64,000 nucleotides of DNA from a bacterium (GCA_030647205.1 JAUSJO010000005.1:202523-266522), one strand, 5' to 3'. Positions 1-11,387 are shown, counted from the first letter of the stretch. Made by a program: numbers and translations. Notes: generated by a model from the sequence alone, not told the origin.

Positions 1-177
1 AAGGCTATGAACCCGGTAGATCATCCTCATGGTGGTGGTGAAGGCGGACATTCAATTAGCCCAAAACATCCAAAGACACCTTGGGGCATGCCGGCGCTAG
101 GATTTAAAACCAGAAACAGAAAAGCTAAATCAACAAAAATGATAGTCAGAGGAAGAAAGAGAGGCAAACATGTCTAG
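1..177 (+). CDS. rplB: 50S ribosomal protein L2, C-terminal part (5' truncated by window edge)
   Basis: Frame 1 reads [15 protein letters not shown]...TPWG, the L2 C-terminal signature; TAG at 175-177; lies directly upstream of rpsS. Confidence 0.97.
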   Translation, partial: KAMNPVDHPHGGGEGGHSISPKHPKTPWGMPALGFKTRNRKAKSTKMIVRGRKRGKHV

Positions 178-448
178 ATCACTGAAAAAAGGTCCATATG
201 TAGATGAAAAATTACTAAAGAAGGTAAAAGCCTTAGGTAATGACAAAAAGATTATAAAGACTTGGGCTCGTGCCTCAGCTATTTCTCCGGAGATGGTTGG
301 TCACACATTTGCGGTTCATAACGGTAAAGATCACATTTCAGTATTTGTATCAGAAGATATGGTAGGCCACAAACTTGGTGAGTTTTCTCCAACAAGAAAG
401 TTTAGAGGACACGGTGGTAAGATGGCGAAGGAACAGAAGAAAGGTTAA
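170..448 (+). CDS. rpsS: 30S ribosomal protein S19
   Basis: [12 protein letters not shown]...HNGK...[11 protein letters not shown]; S10 operon position. Confidence 0.99.
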   Translation: MSRSLKKGPYVDEKLLKKVKALGNDKKIIKTWARASAISPEMVGHTFAVHNGKDHISVFVSEDMVGHKLGEFSPTRKFRGHGGKMAKEQKKG

Positions 449-450
449 AT

Positions 451-870
451 ATGCAAGTAAAAGCAGTATCAAAATATAATAGAATTTCAGCGCGCAAAAC
501 AAGACTTGTTGCTGATATGGTAAGAGGCCAGAAGGCATCTGCTGCTTTTAGTATTTTAAAATTCACACCTAAAAAAGCTGCAAGACTAGTTGAAAAGACA
601 CTAAAGTCTGCTGTAGCCAATGCAGAAAACAACTTTGGGATGGATAAAAAAGACCTGGTTGTTTCAACTATCTTGGTTGACGAAGGACCAACACTGAAGA
701 GACATCAGCCAAGAGCAAGAGGTATGGCTAGCGCGATCAGAAAAAGAACTGCTCATGTCACCATCGTTGTTGAAGGCAATGAGAAACCGGTAAAGAAGAC
801 GATAGAAAAAGAAAAAGTTGAGAAGAAGCAGGAAGAAAAGACCGAAAAAGTAAAACAGGAGAAGAAGTAA
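451..870 (+). CDS. rplV: 50S ribosomal protein L22 with Lys/Glu-rich C-terminal tail
   Basis: [36 protein letters not shown] motifs. Confidence 0.99.
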   Translation: MQVKAVSKYNRISARKTRLVADMVRGQKASAAFSILKFTPKKAARLVEKTLKSAVANAENNFGMDKKDLVVSTILVDEGPTLKRHQPRARGMASAIRKRTAHVTIVVEGNEKPVKKTIEKEKVEKKQEEKTEKVKQEKK

Positions 871-1523
871 TGGGTCATAAAGTAAGTCCAATAAGTTTCA
901 GATTGCAGATATCAAAAGAGTGGGTATCAAAATGGTACAGCGAAAAAGATTATGCAAAATACTTGCATGAAGACATCAAGCTTCGTGATCATGTTATGAA
1001 TAATATGGGCAGAAAAGCCGGTATTTCAAAGGTTGAGATTGAGAGAAATGCAAACCAGGTTTCTATGAACATCCATACTTCAAGACCAGGTGTTTTGATC
1101 GGACGCGGCGGTGCCGGAGCGATTGAACTTAAGAAGAAACTACAGAAGATGATAAAGAGCCAACTTAAAGATATAAATATCGAAGAAGTTAGAAACCCTG
1201 AAGCTAACCCAAAACTGATTGCAGAAAACATCGCCTCTATGCTTGAGCGAAGAATGGCTTACAAGAGAGCTATAAAACAGTCAGTTGATAAAGCCCTAAA
1301 AGCTGGAGCAAAGGGAGTCAAGATAATGGTTGCAGGTAGACTAAACGGCGCAGAGATTGCAAGACGAGAGTTTACTTCAGAAGGAAAAATTCCGCTTCAA
1401 ACTATAAGAGCAGATATAGAGTACGGAACCGCAAGAGCTAACACTACATATGGTGTTATTGGTATCAAAGTTTGGGTTTATAAGGGCGGGATAACAAGAA
1501 ATAAGGCAGGAGAGAAGAAATAA
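870..1523 (+). CDS. rpsC: 30S ribosomal protein S3
   Basis: [38 protein letters not shown]. Confidence 0.99.
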   Translation: MGHKVSPISFRLQISKEWVSKWYSEKDYAKYLHEDIKLRDHVMNNMGRKAGISKVEIERNANQVSMNIHTSRPGVLIGRGGAGAIELKKKLQKMIKSQLKDINIEEVRNPEANPKLIAENIASMLERRMAYKRAIKQSVDKALKAGAKGVKIMVAGRLNGAEIARREFTSEGKIPLQTIRADIEYGTARANTTYGVIGIKVWVYKGGITRNKAGEKK

Positions 1524-1951
1524 TGTTAATGCCAAAGAAAACAAAATTCAGAAAAAGCCAGAAAAATCCCCAGACAGGCAAGTCAACACGTGGGACTGAG
1601 ATTGCGTTTGGTCGTTATGGACTGAAGGCTATCGATACCGCATGGCTTACTTCAAGGCAGATCGAGGCAGCCAGAAGAGCAATGACAAGATCGATAAAAA
1701 GAGGCGGTAAAATATGGATACGAGTATTCCCCGATAAGCCTGTAACAAAAAAACCAAACGAAGTTGGAATGGGCAAAGGAAAAGGTTCACCGGATCATTT
1801 CATTTATGTCGTGAAACCGGGAAGAATCATCTTTGAAATGGACGGCATACCTGTAGAAGCAGCTAAAGAGGCCATGCGCCTTGCATCCCACAAACTGCCA
1901 ATGAAGACAAGAATAGTTGTAAAGTCACAAGAGGTGAAAAGTGAAGATTAA
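1523..1951 (+). CDS. rplP: 50S ribosomal protein L16
   Basis: [35 protein letters not shown]. Confidence 0.99.
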   Translation: MLMPKKTKFRKSQKNPQTGKSTRGTEIAFGRYGLKAIDTAWLTSRQIEAARRAMTRSIKRGGKIWIRVFPDKPVTKKPNEVGMGKGKGSPDHFIYVVKPGRIIFEMDGIPVEAAKEAMRLASHKLPMKTRIVVKSQEVKSED

Positions 1952-2165
1952 AGAAATTGCAGAGAAGAAAGACAAAGAACTGGATAAGTTTATTGCAGAT
2001 CAAAAGGCGAAACTTTTGAAATCTTCTTTTGACGTTGCTACTAAGGAAACAGGAAAAGTCAGAGAAATCCGCGTTATTAAAAAAGATATTGCGAGAGCAT
2101 TGACGGTAAAAAGAGAAAGAGAACTGGTTCAAGAAGAAGCAGTCAAAAGCAAGGAGACCAAATGA
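1941..2165 (+). CDS. rpmC: 50S ribosomal protein L29
   Basis: [11 protein letters not shown] motif; between rplP and rpsQ; GTG start. Confidence 0.93.
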   Translation: MKIKEIAEKKDKELDKFIADQKAKLLKSSFDVATKETGKVREIRVIKKDIARALTVKRERELVQEEAVKSKETK

Positions 2166-2404
2166 AAAGAGTATTAAAAGGTACGGTTGTATCTGACAAA
2201 ATGGATAAGACGGTTGTGGTTAAGGTCGATAGAGTAAAAACTCATCCAATATATCACAAAAAATATAAGGCTTCCACAAAGTTTATGGCTCATGATGAGA
2301 GTGGCGTATCTAAAATTGGTGATGAAGTAGAGATAGCAGAAACAAGACCAATGAGTAAAAACAAACGGTGGGAAGTAGTAGAAGATAAAGGAAGCAAAAA
2401 ATGA
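2162..2404 (+). CDS. rpsQ: 30S ribosomal protein S17
   Basis: [31 protein letters not shown]. Confidence 0.99.
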   Translation: MKRVLKGTVVSDKMDKTVVVKVDRVKTHPIYHKKYKASTKFMAHDESGVSKIGDEVEIAETRPMSKNKRWEVVEDKGSKK

Positions 2405-2769
2405 TTCAAATGCAAACTAGATTAAAAGTAGCCGACAACACAGGTGCAAAGGAAATTATGTGCATCAAGGTTCTTGGTGGAAGCAAGAGAAGATACGCTC
2501 GTGTTGGTGATGTTATCACGGTTAGTGTGAAGACTGCTATACCACAAGGAACGGTTAAGAAAAAAGAAGTGGTGCGAGCTGTTGTAGTTCGAACTGTTTA
2601 TGCAAACAGGAGAAAAGACGGTTCTACCATTAGATTTGATGACAATGCAGCTGTAATTATAGATAAAAATGGCCAACCTCGAGGAACACGTATTTTCGGT
2701 CCTGTTGCGAGAGAACTTCGAGAAAAAGGTTATATGAAAATAGTGTCTTTGGCACCGGAGGTACTTTAG
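2401..2769 (+). CDS. rplN: 50S ribosomal protein L14
   Basis: [17 protein letters not shown]...[13 protein letters not shown]...SLAPEVL. Confidence 0.99.
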   Translation: MIQMQTRLKVADNTGAKEIMCIKVLGGSKRRYARVGDVITVSVKTAIPQGTVKKKEVVRAVVVRTVYANRRKDGSTIRFDDNAAVIIDKNGQPRGTRIFGPVARELREKGYMKIVSLAPEVL

Positions 2770-3084
2770 ATGAAAGTGAAAAAAGGCGATAAAGTTTATA
2801 TTTTAGCAGGTAAAGACCGTGATAAATCAGGTACTGTCTCTAAGGTATTCCCTGAAAAAGGAAAAGTAATAGTTGAAGGTGTGAACATAGTTAAAAAAGC
2901 AGTAAAAGGAAGCCAGAAAAATCCTCAAGGAGGAATCATTGAGAAGGCTGCAGCCATAAACGTTTCAAATGTTCAGATAATCTGCGCAAGCTGCAATAAA
3001 TCGGTAAAAACAGGAGTCAAGATACTAAAAGATGGCAAGAAGGAAAGAGTTTGCAGAAAATGCGGAAAGGAAATAAAGGAGTAA
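2770..3084 (+). CDS. rplX: 50S ribosomal protein L24 (with CxxC...CxxC)
   Basis: KKGDKVYILAGKDRDKSG KOW motif, VEGVNIVKK, NVSNV. Confidence 0.98.
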   Translation: MKVKKGDKVYILAGKDRDKSGTVSKVFPEKGKVIVEGVNIVKKAVKGSQKNPQGGIIEKAAAINVSNVQIICASCNKSVKTGVKILKDGKKERVCRKCGKEIKE

Positions 3085-3085
3085 C

Positions 3086-3625
3086 ATGTCTTTAATTTTA
3101 GATTTATACAAAAAGGAAATTACAAAGAAACTGAAAGAAGACTTCAGTTATGGAAATGTTATGGAGATTCCTAAGATAGAAACCATCGTTGTAAATGCCG
3201 GTGTTGGTCGTGGAGCAAAAGACGCTAAAGAGCTTGAGGATGTTATAGAAGGTATCAAGATTATAACCGGACAAGCTCCTGTCAAAACCAAGGCAAAAAA
3301 GTCGATAGCCGGATTTAAGCTGAGAGATGGCATGGAGATTGGCGCAAAGGTAACGATTCGCGGGGAGAAAATGTATGATTTCTTGGATAGACTGGTCAGC
3401 ATCGCGCTTCCACGTGTGAGAGATTTCAGAGGATTAAAGCAAGGCGCTTTTGACGGACACGGTAACTACAGCATAGGTGTTAAAGACCATGCGATATTTC
3501 CGGAGATCCCATATGATAAGTTTCCGCATCCGTTTAGCTTGCAGATTAATATTAAAACTTCCGCTAAAACAGATGACGAAGCAAGAGCACTATTAACGTA
3601 TATGGGATTCCCATTTAAGAAATAG
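3086..3625 (+). CDS. rplE: 50S ribosomal protein L5
   Basis: ITGQAPVKTKAKKSIAGFKLR, ALPRVRDFRG, FDGHGNY. Confidence 0.99.
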   Translation: MSLILDLYKKEITKKLKEDFSYGNVMEIPKIETIVVNAGVGRGAKDAKELEDVIEGIKIITGQAPVKTKAKKSIAGFKLRDGMEIGAKVTIRGEKMYDFLDRLVSIALPRVRDFRGLKQGAFDGHGNYSIGVKDHAIFPEIPYDKFPHPFSLQINIKTSAKTDDEARALLTYMGFPFKK

Positions 3626-3634
3626 GAGATAGAT

Positions 3635-3820
3635 ATGGCAAGAAAATCAATGGTAATAAAATCAGAGAAAACCCCAAAATATTCAACTCGCAAAGTGACG
3701 AGATGCAAGAAATGCGGACGACCAAGGGGATATATGAAACAGTTTGAACTGTGCCGTATTTGTTTTCGTGAAATGGCAAACAAGGGAGAAATACCGGGAG
3801 TAACAAAGTCAAGTTGGTAA
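3635..3820 (+). CDS. rpsN: 30S ribosomal protein S14, short zinc-binding (type Z) form
   Basis: 61 aa, [10 protein letters not shown]...LCRICFRE...PGVTKSSW. Confidence 0.98.
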   Translation: MARKSMVIKSEKTPKYSTRKVTRCKKCGRPRGYMKQFELCRICFREMANKGEIPGVTKSSW

Positions 3821-3830
3821 GGAGAAAAAT

Positions 3831-4217
3831 ATGATAGTAAATGATCCAATAGCAGATATGTTAACAAGAATTAGAAACGCATTCATGGTAAGGAAAGAGA
3901 GCGTTCTGATACCAGACTCACGTTTGAAACGAGAGGTTCTTTCTGTAATGAAAAACAAGCATTACATCAACGATTTCTCCGTATCAAAAGAGATCCAAGG
4001 GTTTATAGACGTCAAGCTGTCTTACGGTGAAAGACAAATGAAGAAGCTGGAAAGAGTTTCAAAACCCGGTTGCCGTGTTTATGCAAAGAAAAGCGATATC
4101 CCAACAGTGCTTCAGGGTATGGGGATGGTTATTATGTCAACTTCGAAAGGTGTTATGGCGGGAACGGATGCCAAGAAGCAAGGTTTGGGCGGAGAAATAA
4201 TCTGTAAAATTTATTAA
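3831..4217 (+). CDS. rpsH: 30S ribosomal protein S8
   Basis: DPIADMLTRIRNA, RVSKPGCRVY, STSKGVM, GGEIIC. Confidence 0.99.
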   Translation: MIVNDPIADMLTRIRNAFMVRKESVLIPDSRLKREVLSVMKNKHYINDFSVSKEIQGFIDVKLSYGERQMKKLERVSKPGCRVYAKKSDIPTVLQGMGMVIMSTSKGVMAGTDAKKQGLGGEIICKIY

Positions 4218-4225
4218 GGTGTGAT

Positions 4226-4762
4226 ATGTCAAGAATAGGAAAATTACCAATACAAGTTAAAGATGGCGTGAAAGTCGATATTACCGGGGACACGGTTGTA
4301 GTTAATGGTCCGAAGGGCGAACTTCGATTTGTCAAAGATAGTAGGATTGATGCGAAGATTGTTGATGGAAATATCGTCACATCCAAAAAAGAAGAAACAC
4401 CAAAAGCGGGTGAACTATGGGGTTTGACTAGAACACTAATCAACAATATGGTCGTAGGTGTTAGCGATGGTTTCGAGAAAAAGCTGGAGTTCAAGGGCAC
4501 CGGTTATAGAGCAGCTTCAGAAGGTAACAAGCTAATCTTAAATATGGGATATAACAGTCCGGTTGAGATGGAAATATCGGAAGGACTAGAAGTAAAGGTT
4601 CAGAAAAACACCATTACCGTTTTGGGAAGCGATAAACAAAAAGTAGGGCAGTTCGCCGCAGAGATTAGAAAAGTGAGAAAGCCGGAACCTTATAAGGGCA
4701 AAGGTATTAGATATTCTGATGAAGTAATAAGAAGAAAGGCCGGAAAAGCTGCCGGAAAGTAG
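4226..4762 (+). CDS. rplF: 50S ribosomal protein L6
   Basis: [26 protein letters not shown]. Confidence 0.99.
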   Translation: MSRIGKLPIQVKDGVKVDITGDTVVVNGPKGELRFVKDSRIDAKIVDGNIVTSKKEETPKAGELWGLTRTLINNMVVGVSDGFEKKLEFKGTGYRAASEGNKLILNMGYNSPVEMEISEGLEVKVQKNTITVLGSDKQKVGQFAAEIRKVRKPEPYKGKGIRYSDEVIRRKAGKAAGK

Positions 4763-4766
4763 AACG

Positions 4767-5126
4767 ATGAAAAATAATAAAAAAGTACAAAGAAAAGATT
4801 CAAGAAAGAGACGCATCAGGGCTAAGGTTAGCGGAACGGCTGTCATGCCTAGGCTTTCGGTTTTTACCTCAAATAAGCATGTTTTTGCTCAGATTATAGA
4901 TGATACAAGCGGTAAAACCATAGTTAGCGCAAGCGATTATGAAAAGGGTTCAAAAGAAGATAAGGGAACAAAGTCTGAGATTTCAAAGAAAGTCGGTTTG
5001 AAGCTTGCAGGAAGAGCAAAAGAGAAGAAAGTAGGCAAAGTAGTTTTTGATAGAGGCGGAAAACTTTATCATGGCAGAGTCAAGGCAATAGCCGACGGCG
5101 CTCGAGAAGGCGGACTAGAATTTTAA
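4767..5126 (+). CDS. rplR: 50S ribosomal protein L18
   Basis: [43 protein letters not shown]. Confidence 0.99.
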   Translation: MKNNKKVQRKDSRKRRIRAKVSGTAVMPRLSVFTSNKHVFAQIIDDTSGKTIVSASDYEKGSKEDKGTKSEISKKVGLKLAGRAKEKKVGKVVFDRGGKLYHGRVKAIADGAREGGLEF

Positions 5127-5147
5127 TTAGTTAAAGGATAAAACATA

Positions 5148-5741
5148 ATGGCAGATATGAGAAAAAAATTTGAAAGGGAACCAAAAGAGTTCGATGAAAG
5201 AGTCGTCCAGATTGATCGTGTAACAAGAGTAGTGAAAGGCGGACGACGTTTAAGGTTTCGTGCAACTGTTGTTATTGGTGACAAAAAGGGCAGAGTTGGG
5301 GTTGGGGTGGATAAAGGTTCAGCAGTAGTTCTTGCTATCACAAAGGCTGTAGCTAAGGCAAAGAAGAACATGGTTACTATAAATTTGCACGACACAACTA
5401 TCCCTCATGAGGTTGAGAACGTTTACTGTGGCGCCAGAGTATTTTTGAAACCGGCTCGACCGGGAACAGGTGTTATTGCTGGCGGAGCAGTCCGGGCAGT
5501 GGTTGAAGTTGCTGGCATCAAAGACATTTTATCTAAGATGATCGGATCATCAAACAAAATAAACAACGTTTATGCTACATTTGAAGCTTTGAAAAGCCTA
5601 TCGCAGAGACCGGAATCAAAAAAGACCGAAACAAAGAAAGTTAAAACGATAGAAAAACCGACAGAGAAAGAAGTGAAGGAAAAAGTTAAAGAAGAAAAAA
5701 CAGCTAAAGCTAAGAAGGTAAAAAAAGATGAATCTAAGTAA
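5148..5741 (+). CDS. rpsE: 30S ribosomal protein S5 with Lys/Glu-rich tail
   Basis: [28 protein letters not shown]. Confidence 0.99.
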   Translation: MADMRKKFEREPKEFDERVVQIDRVTRVVKGGRRLRFRATVVIGDKKGRVGVGVDKGSAVVLAITKAVAKAKKNMVTINLHDTTIPHEVENVYCGARVFLKPARPGTGVIAGGAVRAVVEVAGIKDILSKMIGSSNKINNVYATFEALKSLSQRPESKKTETKKVKTIEKPTEKEVKEKVKEEKTAKAKKVKKDESK

Positions 5742-6201
5742 TCTGCCTAAAATAGGCGAAAAGAATAAAAAAAGAGTCGGTCGTGGTATCGGAAGTGGTA
5801 CAGGCAAGACATCAGGACGCGGCATGAAAGGCCAAAACTCCAGATCAGGCGGCGGTGTTCGTCTTGGTTTTGAGGGTGGCCAGAATCCATTAACAAAAAG
5901 AGTGCCTCAGCTTAAAGGTTTTAAATCCAGAAATCCTAAGAATCAGGTTGTTTCTCTAAACGATTTAAACCAGTTCACCGGGAAGGTGACTAAAGAAAAA
6001 CTGTTCGAAAAAGGAATTATCGAAAACATTAAATTGCCGGTCAAGGTTTTGGCAACGGGCAAACTCGAAAAAGTGGTCGAGGTGTCAGTGGAACATGTTT
6101 CAAAAGAAGCAGAGAAAGAGATTGTAAAAAAAGGCGGCAAAGTAACTATATTAGTGAAACCCAAGCAAGTAAAAAAGCAGTACAATAAAGAAGCCGAATA
6201 A
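5728..6201 (+). CDS. rplO: 50S ribosomal protein L15
   Basis: KRVGRGIGSGTGKTSGRGMKGQNSRSG, GFEGGQNPL; follows rpsE directly with no rpmD. Confidence 0.99.
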   Translation: MNLSNLPKIGEKNKKRVGRGIGSGTGKTSGRGMKGQNSRSGGGVRLGFEGGQNPLTKRVPQLKGFKSRNPKNQVVSLNDLNQFTGKVTKEKLFEKGIIENIKLPVKVLATGKLEKVVEVSVEHVSKEAEKEIVKKGGKVTILVKPKQVKKQYNKEAE

Positions 6202-6263
6202 AACAAGCGTTTTTGTTAAAAGCGTGAAGCTTCGTTTAAAAATTAGTAATTAGGCAGGGAAAC

Positions 6264-7580
6264 ATGAACTATCTGGCAAGAATATTAAAGAACAAAGATC
6301 TAATCAAAAAGATTTTATTTGTTCTTTTTGCCTTAGTTATTTTTAGAGTCCTATCTCATATACCTATCCCCGGGCCATCTCCCGAAAATCTAAAAAAGTT
6401 CTTCGATGAAGCTTTTTCTGCAAAAAACAGCCTGCTTCCGTTCTTTGATGTCTTTTCCGGCGGCGGGATGAGCAGGTTTTCCGTAGTACTTATGGGGCTC
6501 GGTCCATACATCACAGCGTCTATTATGATCCAACTTCTGACAATTGTGATACCAAAATTCGAAGAAATGAACAAAGAGACCGAAGGCCGGCACAAAATGA
6601 ACCAGTATACCAGATATTTGGCCGTACCGCTTTGTTTTATTGAAGGCTTTGGAATGATAAAACTCCTTGATACTTACGGTACGAAAGCGGGCGTGAGCCT
6701 GATAGGCAATGCCAGTATTTTCCAATGGTTTGTGATGTTACTTTCCATTACTGCCGGAACGGTATTTTTGATGTGGTTAGGAGAACTAATCACAGAAAAA
6801 GGTGTAGGAAATGGTATTTCTATAATTATCTTTGCAGGTATAGTTTCCAGGTTACCTCAGTTTATCGGTCAATCTATAGGCAAGATATTCGGTGGAGATC
6901 AGATAAGTACACAGGAACTTATGAACTTTGGTGGTATGGCGGTTCTAGCCCTCATTATGGTGGCGTTAATTGTCTTTATTACAGAAGCGAAAAGAAAAGT
7001 CCCAATCTCTTATGCTAAAAAAATGCGCGGGTCAAAACTATATGGCGGAGTTGATACACATCTTCCTCTGAAGCTAAACATGGCGGGTGTTATTCCAATT
7101 ATCTTTGCAGGAGCATTTATGAATATCCCGCAGGTTATCGGGTTTCTATCAAACGCAAAAACTGTCTGGATCAAAAATGCTGCAGACTTTATAAAGACTA
7201 CCTTCACGACTACAAGTCCCGCATATGCAGTTTTCTACTTTGTTCTTGTGTTCTCATTTACGTTCTTCTCAACATTTCTATACTTTAAGCCCAAAGATGT
7301 CGCAGAAAATATCCAAAAACAAGGCGGATTTATACCGGGGATAAGACCAGGGACGCAAACAGAAAAATATCTCAACTACCTCATAATGCGTGTAACTCTT
7401 TGGGGCGCGATCTTTTTAAGTTTTATAGCCGTATTTCCATTTGCCATGCAAATATTCACAAATTCGCAAAGCTTTGCAGTAGGCGGAACCGGCATCTTGA
7501 TTGTGGTTAGTGTGGCCATTGAAATAATGAATCAGATAAGAGCACAAGTCATAACCAGAAGTTATGAGGAAATAGTTTAG
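6264..7580 (+). CDS. secY: Preprotein translocase subunit SecY
   Basis: Multi-pass membrane protein with GLGPYITASI, WLGELITEKGVGNGISIIIF, GVIPIIFA, GGFIPGIRPG. Confidence 0.99.
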   Translation: MNYLARILKNKDLIKKILFVLFALVIFRVLSHIPIPGPSPENLKKFFDEAFSAKNSLLPFFDVFSGGGMSRFSVVLMGLGPYITASIMIQLLTIVIPKFEEMNKETEGRHKMNQYTRYLAVPLCFIEGFGMIKLLDTYGTKAGVSLIGNASIFQWFVMLLSITAGTVFLMWLGELITEKGVGNGISIIIFAGIVSRLPQFIGQSIGKIFGGDQISTQELMNFGGMAVLALIMVALIVFITEAKRKVPISYAKKMRGSKLYGGVDTHLPLKLNMAGVIPIIFAGAFMNIPQVIGFLSNAKTVWIKNAADFIKTTFTTTSPAYAVFYFVLVFSFTFFSTFLYFKPKDVAENIQKQGGFIPGIRPGTQTEKYLNYLIMRVTLWGAIFLSFIAVFPFAMQIFTNSQSFAVGGTGILIVVSVAIEIMNQIRAQVITRSYEEIV

Positions 7581-7588
7581 AAAAAAGT

Positions 7589-7618
7589 GTTGTAAAAAGT
7601 AAGATTTTCTAGTATAAT
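7589..7618 (+). promoter_or_regulatory. Possible internal sigma70-type promoter for infA-rpmJ-alpha operon
   Basis: TTGTAA ... TATAAT between secY and infA; the TATAAT overlaps the ORF-track ATG at 7617. Confidence 0.5.
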
Positions 7619-7655
7619 GGCATCTGACGCTTTAGAAAATCAGATAAAGGAAAAA

Positions 7656-7880
7656 ATGAGCGATACAAAGGAAGTAATTGAAGTAGAAGGAACCGTCCTC
7701 GAAACTCTTCCGAATGCAATGTTTAAAGTAGAGTTAGAGAACGGGCATATTATTTTAGCGCATATTTCCGGAAAAATGCGCATGCATTATATAAAAATTT
7801 TGCCGGGTGATAAGGTAACAGTTGAAATGACACCATATGATCTGACAAAAGGAAGAATAACTTACAGACATAAGAATTAG
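7656..7880 (+). CDS. infA: Translation initiation factor IF-1
   Basis: [27 protein letters not shown]...[17 protein letters not shown]; ATG 7656 (AAGGA upstream) preferred over 7617. Confidence 0.98.
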   Translation: MSDTKEVIEVEGTVLETLPNAMFKVELENGHIILAHISGKMRMHYIKILPGDKVTVEMTPYDLTKGRITYRHKN

Positions 7881-7888
7881 GATAGAAA

Positions 7889-8002
7889 ATGAAAGTTAGA
7901 GCTGGAGTAAAGAAAATTTGTTCAAAATGCAAGGTTATCAAGCGAAAAGGCGTGGTAAGGGTTATTTGTGAAACACCAAAGCATAAGCAAAGGCAGGGAT
8001 AG
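7889..8002 (+). CDS. rpmJ: 50S ribosomal protein L36 (not in ORF track)
   Basis: Translated by hand: [37 protein letters not shown]. Confidence 0.98.
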   Translation: MKVRAGVKKICSKCKVIKRKGVVRVICETPKHKQRQG

Positions 8003-8005
8003 GGA

Positions 8006-8392
8006 ATGGCAAGAATTGCAGGAGTAAATATACCGGAAGAGAAAAGAATTGAAGCATCGCTTCAGTATGTTTATGGTATAGGTCTTACAAAAAGTAAGGA
8101 AATCCTAGCAGGCACAGGTATTGACCCAAGCAAAAGAACAAAAGACTTGAGTGAAGCTGAACTGACTAAGCTAAGAGAATATATTACCAAAAACTACACT
8201 ATTGAAGGTGATCTTCGAAGAGAAACAAGTGTAAATGTCAGCCGTTTGAAGGCGATTAACGCATATCGTGGAGTAAGACATAAGCTTGGATTGCCGGTAA
8301 GAGGCCAAAGGACAAAGACAAACTCAAGGACAAAACGAGGAAAAAGAATGGCAGTTGGAAGCGGTAAGAAAAAGTCAGCAGCAAAAACATAA
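8006..8392 (+). CDS. rpsM: 30S ribosomal protein S13
   Basis: [28 protein letters not shown]. Confidence 0.99.
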   Translation: MARIAGVNIPEEKRIEASLQYVYGIGLTKSKEILAGTGIDPSKRTKDLSEAELTKLREYITKNYTIEGDLRRETSVNVSRLKAINAYRGVRHKLGLPVRGQRTKTNSRTKRGKRMAVGSGKKKSAAKT

Positions 8393-8412
8393 AATTTAAT
8401 TAGAAAAATATC

Positions 8413-8814
8413 ATGGCAAAACCAGTAGTAAAAGCGACAATAAAGAAAAAGAAAAAAGTCAAAAAGTCTGTCTCTAAGGGGGCGGTCCATATTAAGGCTA
8501 CTTTTAATAATACTATTATCTCTATTACAGAAGAAAATGGTGATGTTTTAGCGCAGAGTTCAAGTGGTGCTTGTGGTTTCAGGGGATCCAGAAAGTCAAC
8601 GCCGTATGCGGCTCAGGTAGCCATGGAGACTGTTCTGGAAAAAGCAAAGCCTTACGGTATTAGCGAAGTGGATGTATATGTTAAAGGCGTCGGTTCCGGC
8701 AGAGATATGGCGGTTAGAGCGCTTCAGTCAGTAGGTATTTATGTTAAATCAATTCAAGATGTAACCCCCTTGCCCCACAACGGCTGTAGGGCAAAGAAAC
8801 CAAGAAGGGTATAA
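8413..8814 (+). CDS. rpsK: 30S ribosomal protein S11
   Basis: [33 protein letters not shown]. Confidence 0.99.
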   Translation: MAKPVVKATIKKKKKVKKSVSKGAVHIKATFNNTIISITEENGDVLAQSSSGACGFRGSRKSTPYAAQVAMETVLEKAKPYGISEVDVYVKGVGSGRDMAVRALQSVGIYVKSIQDVTPLPHNGCRAKKPRRV

Positions 8815-8826
8815 ATTTAGGAAATT

Positions 8827-9453
8827 ATGGCAAATATAAAAGAACAATGTAGACAATGCCGAAGAGAAGGCGAGAAACTTTTCCTGAAAGGGGAGAGATG
8901 TTCTTCTCAGAAATGCTCGGTATTTAGAAGAAGTTATGCTCCAGGTATACACGGTCTTTCTTCTGCTAGGAAGAAAACTAGTGATTATGGGATGCAGCTT
9001 CGAGCTAAACAGAAAGTCAAAAGAATATATGGCGTTTTGGAGAAGCAGTTTAGAAATTATTATGAAAAAGCTGATGCGAAAAGCGGTCTGACCGGTGAAC
9101 TTTTACTAAAATCTTTAGAGATGCGGCTTGATAATGTAGTTTACAGAATGGGCTTTGCTTCTTCAAGAAGGCTTGCAAAACAACTTGTCGGACACGGTCA
9201 CTTTACGGTTAATGGCAAAAAAGTAGACATTCCTTCATACCACGCAAAGCCGGGAGATAAGGTTGAAGTCAAAAAGTCTAGTCAGAAAAACGGTTATTTT
9301 ACGGAAATTGCAAAGAAAAAGGGAAAAGAAGAAGTATCATGGGTTTTGGTTGATTTATCTAAACTTAAAGGTGAGGTCAAGTCCGTACCTGAGAGAGAAG
9401 AAATCGACCCAAGCATAAATGAACAGTTAATAGTAGAATTATATTCAAAATAA
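8827..9453 (+). CDS. rpsD: 30S ribosomal protein S4 (Cys-containing form)
   Basis: CRQCRREGEKLFLKGERC, LEMRLDNVVYRMGF, NEQLIVELYSK. Confidence 0.99.
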   Translation: MANIKEQCRQCRREGEKLFLKGERCSSQKCSVFRRSYAPGIHGLSSARKKTSDYGMQLRAKQKVKRIYGVLEKQFRNYYEKADAKSGLTGELLLKSLEMRLDNVVYRMGFASSRRLAKQLVGHGHFTVNGKKVDIPSYHAKPGDKVEVKKSSQKNGYFTEIAKKKGKEEVSWVLVDLSKLKGEVKSVPEREEIDPSINEQLIVELYSK

Positions 9454-9480
9454 AGGGCGTAAAGGCCAGAAGGGAGCGTG

Positions 9481-10437
9481 ATGTTACACGAAATCCATCT
9501 TCCAGAAATTAAAAAAATTGAGTCAAAAGGAAACACGGCTACATTTGCTATAGAGCCGCTACATCCTGGCTATGGTATGACACTTGGGAACTCTTTGAGA
9601 AGAGTGCTCTTGTCATCACTAGAAGGCGCAGCAGTTACTTCTTGCAAGATAGAAGGTGTTTTACATGAGTTCTCTACAATTCCCAATGTAAAGGAAGATG
9701 TAGTTGAAATTATCATGAATTTGAAAAAACTGAGGGTAAAATCATTATCTGATGATGTTGAATATCTTACACTCTCAAAGTCTGGTGCCGGTAAAGTAAC
9801 CGCAAAAGACATTAAAAATACCCAAAACGTAGCAGTACTAAATCCGGATCTCGAAATTGCGACTCTTGATAACAAAAATGCAAAGCTTGATATTGAGCTT
9901 AGAGTAGACAGAGGCAGAGGATATGTAACAGTTGAGAAAAGAAAGAAAGAAAAGCTTGGCGTTGGTTTTATCGCTCTTGATGCGTTGTACTCACCAATCA
10001 GACGTGTCCACTATAACGTCGAAAGCACTCGTGTCGGGCAAATGACAAACCTTGATAAACTTGTTTTAGAAATAGAAACTGACGGAACAGTAACTCCGGA
10101 AGAAGCTTTGTCTAGATCATCTGAAATTCTAGTTGAACATTTCCTAGTTATTTGTGGCAAGGAAAGCGTTTCAGCGAAAAGACAAGAAGCTGAGGTTGAA
10201 GAGGCAGACAGCGCATCTTCGGGCATTATGATTGAAGAAATTAACTTGTCACCAAGAACGACAAATGCGCTTTTGAACAATGACATAAAGACAGTTGACG
10301 ATGTTTTGAAAAGAAGCCTTGATGAGCTGAAAAACCTTAAGGGTTTCGGGGCCAAAGCTTATGACGAAGTAATTGAGAAGTTAGATGAGCTAGGTCTTTT
10401 AAAGGGCAAAAAAGAAGAGGAAACAGAGGAAAAGTAA
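9481..10437 (+). CDS. rpoA: DNA-directed RNA polymerase subunit alpha
   Basis: EPLHPGYGMTLGNSLRRVLLSSLEG, HEFSTIPNVKED, alpha-CTD LSPRTTNAL...GFGAKA; start ATG 9481 or GTG 9478. Confidence 0.99.
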   Translation: MLHEIHLPEIKKIESKGNTATFAIEPLHPGYGMTLGNSLRRVLLSSLEGAAVTSCKIEGVLHEFSTIPNVKEDVVEIIMNLKKLRVKSLSDDVEYLTLSKSGAGKVTAKDIKNTQNVAVLNPDLEIATLDNKNAKLDIELRVDRGRGYVTVEKRKKEKLGVGFIALDALYSPIRRVHYNVESTRVGQMTNLDKLVLEIETDGTVTPEEALSRSSEILVEHFLVICGKESVSAKRQEAEVEEADSASSGIMIEEINLSPRTTNALLNNDIKTVDDVLKRSLDELKNLKGFGAKAYDEVIEKLDELGLLKGKKEEETEEK

Positions 10438-10438
10438 A

Positions 10439-10936
10439 ATGCACAGACATTCATACAAGGGAAGAAAACTAGGACGTGACAAGGCACCAAGAGAACTAAT
10501 GTTCAGAAACTTGGCGACTTCTATCGTGCTGCACGAAAAGGTCAGAACTACTCTTCCAAAGGCCAAAGAGATACGTCCAATTGTTGAAAAGCTTATTACT
10601 ACAGCTAAAAAGGGCGATATAAATGCTATTCGAAAGTTGAACTCATATCTTCTTGATAAAAACGCTGCAGAAAAACTGATTACAGAGATTGCACCGCTTT
10701 ATGAAAAAAGAAATGGCGGTTATACAAGAATTACAAAGGTTGGTTTAAGGGTCGGTGATGCCGCGCAGATGGCAACTATCGAACTTCTTGATGTAGAAAA
10801 TATCGTAAAAAATACTAAGGCAAAACCGGAGAAGACTAAGGTTGCCAAGAAGAAGGTTGAGGCACCAAAAAAAGAAGTAAAGGCCGATAAAAAGATTGAA
10901 AAAAAGACGGCTGAAAAGAAAAAGGCGGTTAAATAA
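10439..10936 (+). CDS. rplQ: 50S ribosomal protein L17 with Lys-rich tail
   Basis: RKLGR, TTLPKAKE, RNGGYTRI, GDAAQMA. Confidence 0.99.
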   Translation: MHRHSYKGRKLGRDKAPRELMFRNLATSIVLHEKVRTTLPKAKEIRPIVEKLITTAKKGDINAIRKLNSYLLDKNAAEKLITEIAPLYEKRNGGYTRITKVGLRVGDAAQMATIELLDVENIVKNTKAKPEKTKVAKKKVEAPKKEVKADKKIEKKTAEKKKAVK

Positions 10937-11385
10937 TGAAAACATTTATACCAAAAGTAGCGGATATTGAAAGAAAGTGGTACTTGATAGATGCCAACGG
11001 GCAGACATTGGGTAAGCTTGCTGTAATTGCCAGTGATATTTTACGCGGCAAAAACAAACCTAGCTTTTCACCTCACATGGATCTTGGTGATAATCTTATT
11101 ATTATCAATGCTGCAAAAGTGAAGGTTACAGGCAATAAAACAGAAGATAAGAAATATTATTCTCACAGTTGGTATCCGGGAGGCTTAACAACTACAACTT
11201 TTCGAGAAATGATAGAGAAAAAACCTGAGTATGTTATCCAACATGCGGTTCTTGGGATGCTTCCAAAGAATAGACTGCAAAAAGATTTCATCAAAAAAAT
11301 GAAAGTCTATGCCGGTCCTCAGCACAGCCATGGAGCTCAGCAACCGATCGAGATAAAAATAGAAAACGGAAGGGCAGTGAAATAA
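10936..11385 (+). CDS. rplM: 50S ribosomal protein L13
   Basis: [27 protein letters not shown]. Confidence 0.99.
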   Translation: MKTFIPKVADIERKWYLIDANGQTLGKLAVIASDILRGKNKPSFSPHMDLGDNLIIINAAKVKVTGNKTEDKKYYSHSWYPGGLTTTTFREMIEKKPEYVIQHAVLGMLPKNRLQKDFIKKMKVYAGPQHSHGAQQPIEIKIENGRAVK

Positions 11386-11387
11386 AT